Of a stretch of DNA of 64,000 nucleotides, positions 1 through 10,317 are shown piece after piece. The notes below the pieces were generated by a model. That model saw nothing but the letters and a program-made list of their open reading frames with translations. It searched no databases and had not been told where the DNA came from. Location: the NCBI GenBank assembly GCA_963727825.1, contig CAVSHO010000009.1:320001-384000 (forward strand), given 5' to 3'. This DNA comes from Ignavibacteriota bacterium. Lineage in GTDB: Bacteria > Bacteroidota > Ignavibacteria > UBA10030. The translations under genes were made by a program, and so were the position numbers. Numbering within the stretch: the first letter of the stretch is position 1; every line of letters starts with the position of its first letter.

Positions 1-96
1 TGTTCTTCAGGCGGAATTATTTCAGTTTTCCTGCAATGATCCGGCTTTTCCTTGCCCGCTTGTCGCGGAGCAATGTTTGATTCATTGGAGAGTGAT

Positions 97-1437
97 TCAG
101 CCCGTATTCGCTGTTTTTCTTGCGACACTGATTGTTGCTAACTTCATGCGAAAGGTGTGTTTCGTATACATCAAATTTTTCTGAATAATTATTTGCCACT
201 TCCTTGTACATACAAATTCCGTTTTAATCTCATCTTCCAATCTTAGCAATGGATCTGCGCCAGTGAACGGATAGCGTCTCGTTTTTCCTTCCGCCGTTGT
301 AAAAGCCCCTGCACGTTGAAATTGTTTCGCCCTGAAATCTATAAAAGAAATTGCATTCAAAAGACGTTCCCGGAATTCATTACCGCCATGCTTCTGCACA
401 AACGAATCCGGATCGTCACCTTCGGGCAATTCAACTATTCGGACATTCAAATCATGCTCAAGCGCAAGATCAATCCCGCGCACAGTAGCGCTGGAGCCGG
501 CAGTATCTGCATCGTAAACAAGCGTAAGATTCTTAGAATAACGCCCGATGAGAACAAGTTGTTCTTCAGTCAACGCCGTGCCGCTGGATGCGACAACATT
601 TTTAACCCCCGCTTGGTAAAGCGAAATCAAATCCGCATATCCTTCCACCATCAGTGCATTGTCTTCCTGGCGAATGGAATCTTTCGCGTGGAACAATCCG
701 TATAACACCCGGCTTTTATTATAAACGGGAGTTTCGGGTGAGTTGATATACTTGCCTGCGATGGTATCGTCCTCACGCATCTTGCGCGCACCAAAACCGA
801 TAACCCGCCCTTGTGTAGAAAGGATCGGGAACATTGCTCGTCCGCGGAAATAATCGTACGGCGAACCATCATCGCGCACTCGTGCAAGTCCGACTTTGGC
901 AATGTCTTCTATTTTAAAACCTTCTGCCCGTGCTTTAAGAGCAAACGCATCCCACGAGTTCAGCGAATATCCAAGGCCAAAAGTTCGGATGGTTTCATCC
1001 GAAAATCCACGCTTGTAGAAATACTGAAGCGCCTCTTTGCCTTCGTCCGACTCTGTGAGATTCTTAAAGAAGTGCATTCCTGCAAATCGGCAAATAGCGT
1101 AATAATTTTCAAACTCTGTTTGTTCTTCAGCCATCGGCTTGCTCTCTTCCGGAATGGTAATACCGGACTTTGAAGCAAGCGATCGTACAGCTTCTACAAA
1201 TGATATCTTATCCATCTCCATCAAAAAAGTAAAAATGTTTCCGCCCTTGCCGCAGCCGAAACAATGATACATCTGTTTCTCGGCACTAACCGTGAAAGAC
1301 GGCGTCTTCTCTGTGTGAAACGGACACAGCCCGAGATAATTCTTGCCGCGCTTTTTCAAGTGAACATAGGCGGCGATTACTTCTACGATGTCGGCGGAGT
1401 TTCGGACTTCATCAATTTTATCATCTGAGATACGCAT
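97..1437 (-). CDS. dnaG: DNA primase (C-terminus frameshifted near 200-280; probably continues via the 17..211 frame toward the window edge)
   Basis: CPFHTEKTPSF...CFGC zinc finger, KYINSPET, and TOPRIM motifs VEGYAD and YDADTAG...DPD. Confidence 0.95.
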   Translation of the reverse strand: MRISDDKIDEVRNSADIVEVIAAYVHLKKRGKNYLGLCPFHTEKTPSFTVSAEKQMYHCFGCGKGGNIFTFLMEMDKISFVEAVRSLASKSGITIPEESKPMAEEQTEFENYYAICRFAGMHFFKNLTESDEGKEALQYFYKRGFSDETIRTFGLGYSLNSWDAFALKARAEGFKIEDIAKVGLARVRDDGSPYDYFRGRAMFPILSTQGRVIGFGARKMREDDTIAGKYINSPETPVYNKSRVLYGLFHAKDSIRQEDNALMVEGYADLISLYQAGVKNVVASSGTALTEEQLVLIGRYSKNLTLVYDADTAGSSATVRGIDLALEHDLNVRIVELPEGDDPDSFVQKHGGNEFRERLLNAISFIDFRAKQFQRAGAFTTAEGKTRRYPFTGADPLLRLEDEIKTEFVCTRKWQIIIQKNLMYTKHTFRMKLATISVARKTANTG

Positions 1438-1495
1438 TGCGGAAGAAATCTACCCAAATATGTGTGTACAAGCAAGATTTCAAAAAGCGCAAGCC

Positions 1496-1552
1496 GTAGA
1501 ATCCTTGTCCTTAGTTCGGGAGAATATCTCCCTCACAACTTGAGGATTCTAC
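1496..1552. repeat. GTAG-type REP-like element (GTAGAATCCT...AGGATTCTAC) enclosing a GGGAGAATATCTCCC hairpin
   Basis: 10-bp terminal inverted repeat. The internal segment CCTTAGTTCGGGAGAAyATCTCCCTCACAAC recurs at ~3598-3628 and in related form at ~57787 and ~58530. Confidence 0.7.
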
Positions 1553-1630
1553 TCCTCAACTTTCTTCTTGTTTCCCTACAGCATTTCTGTTATTTTTCAC
1601 CAGTTTCAATTTAGCATTCATTACTAGAAA

Positions 1631-1673
1631 ACCTTCCGAAGGTCAACGCGAATCCAAAGAGACCTTCGGAAGG
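1631..1673. repeat. Inverted repeat CCTTCCGAAGGTC / GACCTTCGGAAGG (REP-like)
   Basis: 13-bp perfect inverted repeat directly upstream of the methyltransferase. Confidence 0.6.
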
Positions 1674-1696
1674 GTACACGAAAGATCATACCCTTT

Positions 1697-3420
1697 ATGA
1701 ACACACTTTATCTTGGCGATTGTCTCAATGTGCTGCGCGATAGCGTGGCAGACGAATCGGTGGATTTGATTTATATCGACCCGCCATTTAACAGCAAGCG
1801 CGACTACAATATTTTCTTTGACGATAAAGAAATACAATCCCAGCGGCTGGCGTTTGAGGATACATGGTCGCTCAAGAACGTTTTGGATTCACTGCATGAA
1901 TTACAAACGATGCGCACGGAAAACATACACTTGCTGCTTGCTGTATACCAAAAAGTTGCGCCGCATGCTTTTCCGTATTTGGTGATGATGGCACTGCGGA
2001 TTGTAGAACTGCATCGCGTTCTCAAACCGACCGGTAGTTTCTATCTCCATTGCGATCCGACTATGAGTCATTATTTGAAGACAATTTGTGACACTGTATT
2101 TGGAGAAAAATATTTTCACAGTGAAATAGTATGGAGAAGAACGAATTCACATAACAAGTTATCAGATCAATATGGCCCAATACACGACATAATTCTTTTC
2201 TATTCCAAAACATCTGAATTTATATTTCATCCCGGAACTCGTCCATATTCGGAAAAATATATAGAGGATAGGTTTACCAATAAAGACAAAAATGGAATAT
2301 ATCAATTAAACTATCTAACAGGCCCAGGTACTCGGAAGGGTGAAAGTGGAATAAAGTGGAAAGGATTCGATCCGACAAAGGCGGGAAGACACTGGGCAAT
2401 TCCGAAATCATTGTTAAAATATCTCCCAGAAAACAGCGAAAAACTTGGCACTATTGCAAGACTCGAACTTCTATATAAAAAAGATTTCATTGTATTTCCA
2501 AAGAAGAAGGACGGGCAACCGATGTACAAACAATATGTCGGTGAAGGAATGGTATATCAAGATATTTGGGCCTACCAACCAAATACAACTGGGGCATTAT
2601 ATAAAAGTGATGAGTGTATCGACCAAGATGTAAAATATTTAGAGGGCGAGGATGAAAAACTTGGCTTCCCCACACAAAAACCAGTTGGACTATTAAAAAG
2701 GATAATCGAAACATCATCCGATGTAGGTGATATAGTGTTAGATGGTTTTTGCGGCTGTGGCACAACCATCGATGCGGCAGAAGGATTGCATCGCAAATGG
2801 ATCGGCATAGATATATCGCCAATCGCCATCTCGCTTATCAAGCGGCGTTTGCATCACACGTACAAAAAAGGCCTTGCCGAGTTTGAGGTGCGCGGCACTC
2901 CCACAGACGAACAAAGCGCGCAGAGATTGTGGAAAGAGAATGCGTTTGCGTTTCAAGATTGGTGGATTACAGAGTTTGAAGCGTTCTCTTCTACCTTTGG
3001 CACAAAAGGCGCAGATAAAGGCGTAGACGGCATCGCCCTCTATGCAATGGATAACAAGGATACAACCGCGCGAGTTGCGTTTCAGGTAAAGGGTGGCGAG
3101 AAAGTGCAATCCAAAGATATCGATGCGCTTCTTGGTGCAATCGAAAAGCACAAATGCGATATGGGCGTCTTCCTTACAACCGCAGAACCAACTAAACCAA
3201 TGTTGGATACCGTTGCAGGACGCGGGATGGTCGAATTTACCGATCAAAAAAAGAAATCTGATCCGGATGTTGAATTTTGCCTATCCGAAACTACAGATTC
3301 TTACGCTAAAAGAATTTTTTGCAGGCAAACGTCCGAAAGCTGCCGAGCACCAACATCACATTCAAAGCAGCGCAGCACAGCGGAAAGAAAAAAGAAAATC
3401 AGGAAGCGCTGGAATTATAA
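1697..3420 (+). CDS. N6-adenine/N4-cytosine DNA methyltransferase fused to a C-terminal Mrr-like PD-(D/E)xK domain; two apparent frameshifts near the 3' end
   Basis: DPPF and LDGFCGCGTT motifs (beta-class order), then ADKGVDG...QVKGG. The conserved tail YPKLQILTLKEFFAGKRP and KLPSTNITFKAA...ALEL* lies in other frames and ends at TAA 3420 (the ORF track ends at 3439). Confidence 0.85.
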
Positions 3421-3482
3421 AAAATTGCAAGAAAAGTAAAAGTACAGTTCAATCGGAACTGGGGAGGTCGACAAATGTAAAT

Positions 3483-3506
3483 AAGGCTCAGAATATTCTG
3501 AGCCTT
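3483..3506. repeat. Perfect 24-bp palindrome AAGGCTCAGAATATTCTGAGCCTT
   Basis: Read directly between the convergent MTase and glnA genes. Confidence 0.7.
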
Positions 3507-3570
3507 GCGCTTGTACTTTGTTATTGATCTGAAGAAATTTTAACCCAGATTAATATGTTGGAAGATCTTA

Positions 3571-3631
3571 GCTGGAAGGGAGTTCCACTCCCGACCTCCT
3601 TAGTTCGGGAGAACATCTCCCTCACAACCTT
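3571..3631. repeat. REP-like doublet (GGGAGTTCCACTCCC ... GGGAGAACATCTCCC), same family as the RAYT-flanking repeats
   Basis: Close similarity to 57752-57811 and 58496-58555. Confidence 0.75.
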
Positions 3632-3640
3632 GGATGGTGA

Positions 3641-3673
3641 ACCTCTGCGATCGCTCAAAGCGGTCGGAGAGGT
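3641..3673. repeat. Imperfect hairpin ACCTCTGCGATCGCT-CAA-AGCGGTCGGAGAGGT (REP-like or terminator)
   Basis: About 15-bp stem just downstream of the glnA stop. Confidence 0.5.
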
Positions 3674-3708
3674 AATATGACGAAGTTCAAATATTTTTTG
3701 AAGTGGCC

Positions 3709-5058
3709 TTAATACGTCGGAAGATATTTTTCTAATTCCCAGGGAGTCACTTCTAATCGGTAATCTTCCCACTCTAAGCGTTTCGCACTGATGAAACGTT
3801 CGAATATATGTGCGCCCAACGCTTCCCGTATAACGGTATCTTTCTCAAATTCTGAGATTGCCTCTTCGAGCGAACCGGGTAATATATTCAAGTTGGATTT
3901 CTTTTTAGTGTCATTGGAAATGTAAATATTTTCTTCGGAAGCTTCAGGAACTTCCAATTGCCGGCGAATACCATCTAATCCGGAAGCAAGCATTACTGCA
4001 AAGGCAAGATATGGATTGCAGCTTGGGTCGGGGCAGCGCAATTCAATACGGGTTGATTCCGGAGTATGGGCACGCGGAATCCGAATCAATGCAGATTGGT
4101 TAATACGTCCCCAGCTAATATTGACCGGCGCTTCATATCCGATGACAAGGCGTTTATAGGAATTTACAAGCGGTGCAAGCACAGCACACATTCCGCGAGC
4201 ATGAGCAAGTTGGCCAGCTATAAAGTGTTTGGCAATTTTGGAAAGGCCATGCGAATCACCGGGATCCGAAAACGCATTTCCGCCGTTGGCTTTATAATTT
4301 AGTCCCTGATGCACGTGCATACCGCTGCCGGCAAGTCCGCGCAATGGTTTTGGCATGAAAGATGCGTACAAACCCTTCTGCTGGGCGAGTCGTTTCATAA
4401 CAATACGGAAAGTAACGGCATCATCGGCAGTCTTTAATGAATTTGCATAACGCAGATCCATTTCATATTGGCCCTTTGCAACTTCGTGGTGCATTGCTTC
4501 GGCTTCAATTCCAAAGGCTAAAAGAGTTTCCGAAGTTTGCCGCCAGAGATCGGTCGCAACCATATCAGTCGGCATATCAAAATAACTTGCGCTATCGTGC
4601 GGCTGAGGAGGAATAACCCCGCCTTGTTCATTTGGTTTTAAAAGAAAGAATTCCAACTCCGGCCCCGTATTATATACGAACCCCATCTTTTCTGCTTCGC
4701 CCATCATCCTCGCAAGCACTGCCCTCGGATCTCCTAAAAATGGCTGGCTATCCGGTGTATAGACATTACAAATCAACCGCGCGGTCATTTCATTATCCTT
4801 CAACCAGGGAAGGACAGCAAAGGTCGAAGTATCCGGGACCAGATACATATCGCTCTCTGCGGTTCGTGCATATCCTTCGATGCAGGAACCATCAAACCAA
4901 ACACCATGGCTAAGTGTAGTTTCCAATTCCTTCGTTGGGATGGTGACATTCTTCACCGCTCCGCCGACATCAGTAAATTGTAGATCAATGAATTGAATCT
5001 TGCGCTCAGCAACCAGCGCCAGAAGTTCTTTATGCGAATATTGGGGGTATGTTGGCAT
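3709..5058 (-). CDS. glnA: Glutamine synthetase type I family protein
   Basis: FDGS, ESDM, GPELEFF, HHEVA.GQ.E, GSGMHVH, YKRLV.GYEAP and RIELRCPD motifs. Confidence 0.9.
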   Translation of the reverse strand: MPTYPQYSHKELLALVAERKIQFIDLQFTDVGGAVKNVTIPTKELETTLSHGVWFDGSCIEGYARTAESDMYLVPDTSTFAVLPWLKDNEMTARLICNVYTPDSQPFLGDPRAVLARMMGEAEKMGFVYNTGPELEFFLLKPNEQGGVIPPQPHDSASYFDMPTDMVATDLWRQTSETLLAFGIEAEAMHHEVAKGQYEMDLRYANSLKTADDAVTFRIVMKRLAQQKGLYASFMPKPLRGLAGSGMHVHQGLNYKANGGNAFSDPGDSHGLSKIAKHFIAGQLAHARGMCAVLAPLVNSYKRLVIGYEAPVNISWGRINQSALIRIPRAHTPESTRIELRCPDPSCNPYLAFAVMLASGLDGIRRQLEVPEASEENIYISNDTKKKSNLNILPGSLEEAISEFEKDTVIREALGAHIFERFISAKRLEWEDYRLEVTPWELEKYLPTY

Positions 5059-6026
5059 TAGCGTATCGCCTGTAATAGTAGACCAAGGAGTGCAAGTAAT
5101 ATTAATATTCCCAATCCTGCACCAATAGAAAGAAAGATCGATGATTTATAAAATGGAACTGGTATGGATTCTTCATATAACTTATCAAAAACAGAAAGAT
5201 CAACAGACTCCAGATTATCCAAATCATGTAATAATGCTTTCATGTCCGGATACCGATCATCCGGATTTTTCATTAAGCATTTTGCAACAACTGCCGCAAG
5301 CTGCGGAGTGATTTCCGGGCGCTCTTTATCCAGCCGCGGAATTGTTCCGTGCATTTGTTGTGCCATTACTGCTAGATTATTATCTCCGCTGAATGGAGTA
5401 TGCCCGGAAAGAAGTTCAAAAAATATTACACCAAGAGCATAGAGATCAGTTCGTTTATCGCCGCGCTTTCCTTCCACCTGTTCTGGCGCCATATAATCCG
5501 GAGTTCCGGCTGTGCCGCTCAGGTTCGCATAAGTAACCCTGTATGCTCCCTTTGTGAGGGCAAGTCCAAAGTCTAAAATTATCGGTTGACCACTTTCCGT
5601 AAGGAGAATATTTTCCGGTTTCATATCCCTATGTATAATATTATGTTCATGGCAATGAGCAAGCCCATCGGCAATTTTACGGATGAGCTCAACAGCTTCA
5701 TCTATTGGCATTGGCGCAGACCTGCGAATCAATTCCCGCATTGATTCTCCGGTAACCAATTCCGTGATGAGATATGGAGTGCTGTTATATTTTCCGGAAC
5801 CCAATCCTTTTTGGATGGCAGGATGATTTAATGTACGCATCACTTCCAGCTCACGTTGAAATCGCTCATATTGCGCAGGATCTCCTATCGTCATCCGATC
5901 CGGAACTTTTAACACAACATCCTTACCGCTTATAAGATCGTACGCGCGGTAAATATCACTCATTCCACCCTGAGCTATATGCCCGCGTATCTGAAAATGG
6001 TCAAATTGATCGCCTATTTGCAGCAT
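5058..6026 (-). CDS. Hanks-type Ser/Thr protein kinase with C-terminal transmembrane helix
   Basis: GGMS.IY, VVLK, HRDMKPEN, DFGLA, GTPDYMAPE and DLYALG motifs. Confidence 0.93.
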   Translation of the reverse strand: MLQIGDQFDHFQIRGHIAQGGMSDIYRAYDLISGKDVVLKVPDRMTIGDPAQYERFQRELEVMRTLNHPAIQKGLGSGKYNSTPYLITELVTGESMRELIRRSAPMPIDEAVELIRKIADGLAHCHEHNIIHRDMKPENILLTESGQPIILDFGLALTKGAYRVTYANLSGTAGTPDYMAPEQVEGKRGDKRTDLYALGVIFFELLSGHTPFSGDNNLAVMAQQMHGTIPRLDKERPEITPQLAAVVAKCLMKNPDDRYPDMKALLHDLDNLESVDLSVFDKLYEESIPVPFYKSSIFLSIGAGLGILILLALLGLLLQAIR

Positions 6027-6135
6027 ATTATTCTTTTTTCTTCATACTATTACTATGGTGAATAAAAAAATATACTATTGTTTTTTCTGAAAAGCGAATA
6101 TCGCTGCTTCTCTTCATTTTTCGGCATTTTGATAC

Positions 6136-6963
6136 TTAGTGACGGCTTAAGAATTGTTTTACTATTCTCGAAAACTTTGAGCTTTTTATTGATTTTCGTT
6201 TTGCCAATCTATGCAATATAACAGTGACTACAGAAACATTATCATCACTTCCACGTTTCATCGCAAGATCGACAATTGTTTGGCTTAGCTGCTCTGCCGA
6301 AATTGCTTTTAAAGCTAATGTGCCAAATTCGTCATCATCAATCACTGACCATATTCCATCGGAGCAAAAGATAATTACATCGCCATCTTGCACTTGGACT
6401 TCAAAAATATCGGGCTGCACAAAAAGATCTAAACCAAGACATTTGCTGAGAACGGATCGCTGACTATGGGTTCGTACTTTATCTGGTGACAATACTTTCA
6501 TCCGCACGAGTTCTCCAACACGCGTATGATCCTTCGTTAGACATATTGAGATTTTTCCGCGAATCAAATATGCACGGCTATCGCCTACATGAGCAATATG
6601 GAATTTATCTTCTTTAAGCAACCCTGCTGTCAGTGTCGTTCCCATTCTCCCGACACCTAGTTCCCGCGCTTTCTGATAGATATTCAGATTTGCATTCTGC
6701 ACTGCCTGTTTCATTTTTTGAGGAATCGATAATCCATTGCTTGAATACACTGTCTCAAATAAAGTAAGCAATGCCAATGAACTCGCCACACCGCCCTGCG
6801 CATACCCGCCCATGCCATCCGCGACGCCAAAAAGATGTCCGTTTGATGCAGTCAACTCATCATGTTGATCGATAATACGCACAGAGTCCTGATTATCCTC
6901 ACGCACATTTCCGACGTGCGTCAAGCAATGGGATTCTATTTCGGGCAATTCAATATGTGTCAT
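6136..6963 (-). CDS. PP2C/Stp1-family Ser/Thr protein phosphatase
   Basis: GNVREDNQD, VADGMGG, HVGDSRAY, CSDG and DN motifs. Likely start MTHIEL at 6963. Confidence 0.93.
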   Translation of the reverse strand: MTHIELPEIESHCLTHVGNVREDNQDSVRIIDQHDELTASNGHLFGVADGMGGYAQGGVASSLALLTLFETVYSSNGLSIPQKMKQAVQNANLNIYQKARELGVGRMGTTLTAGLLKEDKFHIAHVGDSRAYLIRGKISICLTKDHTRVGELVRMKVLSPDKVRTHSQRSVLSKCLGLDLFVQPDIFEVQVQDGDVIIFCSDGIWSVIDDDEFGTLALKAISAEQLSQTIVDLAMKRGSDDNVSVVTVILHRLAKRKSIKSSKFSRIVKQFLSRH

Positions 6964-7103
6964 GTAAAATTCACAATATAGAATAAGAAAGAAGAAGCCG
7001 CTCGCACGGCTTCCTAATTGTGCTTCGTGAATCAATACCATTCAATTCAAGCTGCTATATCCCATCAACCTTCTGATTATAGTGAAGGAAGAGATGGAAA
7101 AAA

Positions 7104-8627
7104 TTATTCCGATGCTGGACTTACCTTCGGAATAATCGCCCTCCCCGATTTTTTACTGTTCCAGACTAAATAAGCGACGCTGATTGCACCCCATCCCGCC
7201 GTAACCCACAATGCCATCTGAGTTGCGTCTGCTGAAACTCCGGGCGTCATTAGTCCGATAACCACAATGCCAATCAACATTCCTATATTTCCTATAAGCC
7301 CTAAAAATGGGATGACTGCATGTTTAATGCTATGGAATTCTTTCCGTCCGACAAATGTAACGAATGTCAGGAAACAAATGAGCGCATAAAGGGCAAATGT
7401 TCCTATGTTCGAAGCCAGCGTGACACCGGTCAATGCCGTAACATTGAGAACACCGACGGCGCCGATAATCGAAGAGACGGCAACGAGAACCCATACACCT
7501 TTATGCGGTGTTGCATGTCTTGAGTGCAGCGCACCGAGCAGGCCAGGCATTTCATTATCCTGTGCCATGGCAAAGCTTATGCGTACTGCCGTATTGATGG
7601 CTGCGAGAGTGGTACCCAGAACAGCAAGTCCGACAGTAAATGCGATAACGATCATTAGTGCAAAACCGTTCCCGCCAAGAAGAGCGTTACCGATCATAAT
7701 TGTCATATCGCCGATAGGTGCGCCCGATGCAGCGGCGGCGTCCATACCGGTAAGGATCGAACCGTCAGGGTTCGTGAATGTCAGTTTCTCACACATTGCA
7801 TAATTCGCAGCAAAATATTCAAGCAAATATGCGAACAAGCCCTGGATAATGAGCGAGAGTATAATCCCTCGCGGAATATCCCGTTTCGGATTGATTGCTT
7901 CTCCGGCAAGTGAAGTGGACGATTCAAATCCGACCAAAATGAGAATCGCAATGGTGGATTGGAAAAGCATCGCCGTTAAGCTATGCGGAAATACTATCGA
8001 CGGTGCGGCTGCATGCGTCCATTGTGTCGCATGAAGCGGATTCGAAAACCGAAAAGCAATTGCGAGCGCACTAAACCCGATCAATGAAACCAATTGGATA
8101 ACGTTGATCACAATTGCGACATTCGTCGAGCCGCTGATGCCGCGGACGGCAATAAAGCCTACGATGACGGCAAAAATTACGGCAATCAATATTTGAAATG
8201 GAACGGTAAGAGTGACACCGAACTGTCCAAAAATATACGTTACTAAAATCGCCATAAAGGCTACCATCACGCCGGGGTAAACCCAATAGAAGAGATGTGC
8301 TGCCCAGCCCGTGAGAAATTTCGAGATCCGCGCAAATTTCTGATGATGAGCTTTGTCTCGATCGAGGAATGCCCTTTCTGCAAAATAGTATGAGCCCCCC
8401 GCCCCAGCTTCTGGATAGCGGCGTGCCATCTCGGAAAATGACATCGCCGTTAAAAATGCCACGATAAGTGCGGCAACAATTCCTGTCCACATATCAGTCG
8501 CTCCGCCCGTATTTGCTGCTTGGATCTGAAATGTAATCCATAAAAATGCGCCCGGGGCAATGAGTGCCATTGCGTTTACCGTTACTCCGGTTAAGCCGAG
8601 AGTTTTTTTCATGCCTGTGTCTGCCAT
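7104..8627 (-). CDS. APC-family amino acid/amine permease
   Basis: About 12 transmembrane segments, with YPEAGAGGSY and GFESSTSLAGEA.NPKRDIP motifs. Confidence 0.88.
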   Translation of the reverse strand: MADTGMKKTLGLTGVTVNAMALIAPGAFLWITFQIQAANTGGATDMWTGIVAALIVAFLTAMSFSEMARRYPEAGAGGSYYFAERAFLDRDKAHHQKFARISKFLTGWAAHLFYWVYPGVMVAFMAILVTYIFGQFGVTLTVPFQILIAVIFAVIVGFIAVRGISGSTNVAIVINVIQLVSLIGFSALAIAFRFSNPLHATQWTHAAAPSIVFPHSLTAMLFQSTIAILILVGFESSTSLAGEAINPKRDIPRGIILSLIIQGLFAYLLEYFAANYAMCEKLTFTNPDGSILTGMDAAAASGAPIGDMTIMIGNALLGGNGFALMIVIAFTVGLAVLGTTLAAINTAVRISFAMAQDNEMPGLLGALHSRHATPHKGVWVLVAVSSIIGAVGVLNVTALTGVTLASNIGTFALYALICFLTFVTFVGRKEFHSIKHAVIPFLGLIGNIGMLIGIVVIGLMTPGVSADATQMALWVTAGWGAISVAYLVWNSKKSGRAIIPKVSPASE

Positions 8628-8674
8628 ATTATATCTCCAATATAATTTTGAGTGATATTATAAATTCTTGTTCA

Positions 8675-9763
8675 TTAGAAAGTTACCACTGCGCCAACCG
8701 TAAGGGTTAGCTGACTGGTTTCTGTATTTGAAAGTGCTTTATTATATGCCGGATTCACTGCGAAATCATCTCTCAATTCACCACGCAACAGTAACTGGTT
8801 GAATAATTTATGTTCAAGCGTCAACGTCATTTCTTTGTATGTATTTGGAATCATGGTTGCAGTCGCATAACCGATCGGATCAGCGAATACTTCAGCACGA
8901 ACGGCGACAGCGGAGAGCGTATCAATAGTATATCTTCCATAAATGTCGACGCCTTTCCAAGTAGCGAGTCCGGCTGAGGTTCCTGCTTCGCCGTAATCGG
9001 CATTCAATGCGAGAGAAAGATTATCGGTAACCGTTTGGCTTACAATGAAATCATAGACATTTCGTGCGCCGATTTCATATCCGGTGTGCCCCCATATCCA
9101 ATTAAAGATAATGCCCGTTGAAGATGTAGCGGCATAATTCAATGTCGCGCCAAGATTCGCTGACTTGACCGCGTCTGTTTCTGAATTCCACCCATCGACG
9201 ACATGAAGTGTCGCTGTAAGATTGCTGAAAACTGGATAGGTAAAACGCATTCCAGTGTGATAATACGGAATAGCATAGGCGAATAAATATGAGCGACTGT
9301 AGTTCCAATTGACATTTGATTCAATCACTTCGTTGCCCATATGCGTTACAAACTTACCGGCATCGACCGTCAAGCCGCCGCCGACAGGAAGAACCGCTGT
9401 GACGTACGCTTGCTGCACAGTAGAAAGTGTTGAAGTGGTCGCCGGTTGAACTATATCGTTCGTGGTTCCGTAATCGAGATCCATACGGAATCCTATAGGA
9501 GATGAAACCGATGTAGCTTTTTGAATGACAAGCTCTACCTGACTCAATGTAAAAGAGTTTGTATTCACATCGAAATTCCTGAGCGCATTAGTGTTACTAC
9601 TCGGTCCGGCAAAATTATAATCATAGTAGGTATCAATTAGTCCGGTGTAAGTTACGGATTGTGATTGTGCCGATTGAGAAAGCATCATTATTGCCACAGA
9701 AAGTACTGCTATCATTCTAAGTTCGTGGAAAATCACAAGTGTACTCTTTTGAATCGATTTCAT
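8675..9763 (-). CDS. Outer-membrane beta-barrel porin (OmpL-like / DUF1597 type)
   Basis: Signal peptide, DAGKFVTHMGNEVIES..NWNYSRS..F.YAIPYYHTG motif, and C-terminal Phe. Confidence 0.8.
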   Translation of the reverse strand: MKSIQKSTLVIFHELRMIAVLSVAIMMLSQSAQSQSVTYTGLIDTYYDYNFAGPSSNTNALRNFDVNTNSFTLSQVELVIQKATSVSSPIGFRMDLDYGTTNDIVQPATTSTLSTVQQAYVTAVLPVGGGLTVDAGKFVTHMGNEVIESNVNWNYSRSYLFAYAIPYYHTGMRFTYPVFSNLTATLHVVDGWNSETDAVKSANLGATLNYAATSSTGIIFNWIWGHTGYEIGARNVYDFIVSQTVTDNLSLALNADYGEAGTSAGLATWKGVDIYGRYTIDTLSAVAVRAEVFADPIGYATATMIPNTYKEMTLTLEHKLFNQLLLRGELRDDFAVNPAYNKALSNTETSQLTLTVGAVVTF

Positions 9764-9981
9764 TTTATTTTCCTTTAAGTTCTTGAAAATTTTATTTTTC
9801 TCATCGAAAGTTGTTTTCTGTTATCGTTGACAAGTCAGTATTAAAACTTGAGCTGCACAAATCCCGGTGGAAAAATGGATGCTACTAAATGGCATCATAT
9901 TCGTTATAGAATTCTTCAATTAAGACCTTTTATACATTATATTTATGTGTTCGTTGAACAATTGTTAATACTCTTCATTCG

Positions 9982-10317
9982 TCAAACGGATTCTTCTATT
10001 TCGGTCGAGAATGTTTGGCTAACATTATTTACATTCGATACCAATATTTTGTCAGATCCTTTTTCCCCGATCTGCGCGTTTTTCATAATAATCGATATAA
10101 CTTTAGGAGCTAAATGCTGTGGCACGATAGTTTCTATCCTTATCTTCAAGAGATAGTCAACCTTATATTCATCTCCGCGATAAACTTCCTTATGTCCCTC
10201 CTGTTTTCCAAAATCGCGAACCTCTGTAATCGTGATTTCATTAATCCCTATTGCCAAAAGCGATTTACGGACTTCTTCGAGTTTATAAGGTTGTATAATT
10301 GCCTCTATTCTTTTCAT
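9982..10317 (-). CDS. P-II family nitrogen regulatory protein (atypical)
   Basis: MKRIEAIIQPYKLEEV and T-loop YRGDEY; B-loop and C-loop motifs are degenerate. Confidence 0.85.
   Translation of the reverse strand: MKRIEAIIQPYKLEEVRKSLLAIGINEITITEVRDFGKQEGHKEVYRGDEYKVDYLLKIRIETIVPQHLAPKVISIIMKNAQIGEKGSDKILVSNVNNVSQTFSTEIEESV

Noticed and set aside
17-300. dnaG pseudogene or programmed frameshift
   Set aside because: dnaG is essential, and similar small indels occur in the MTase (~3230-3340), the MocA-like gene (~13310) and the receiver gene (~42540); assembly error is more likely.
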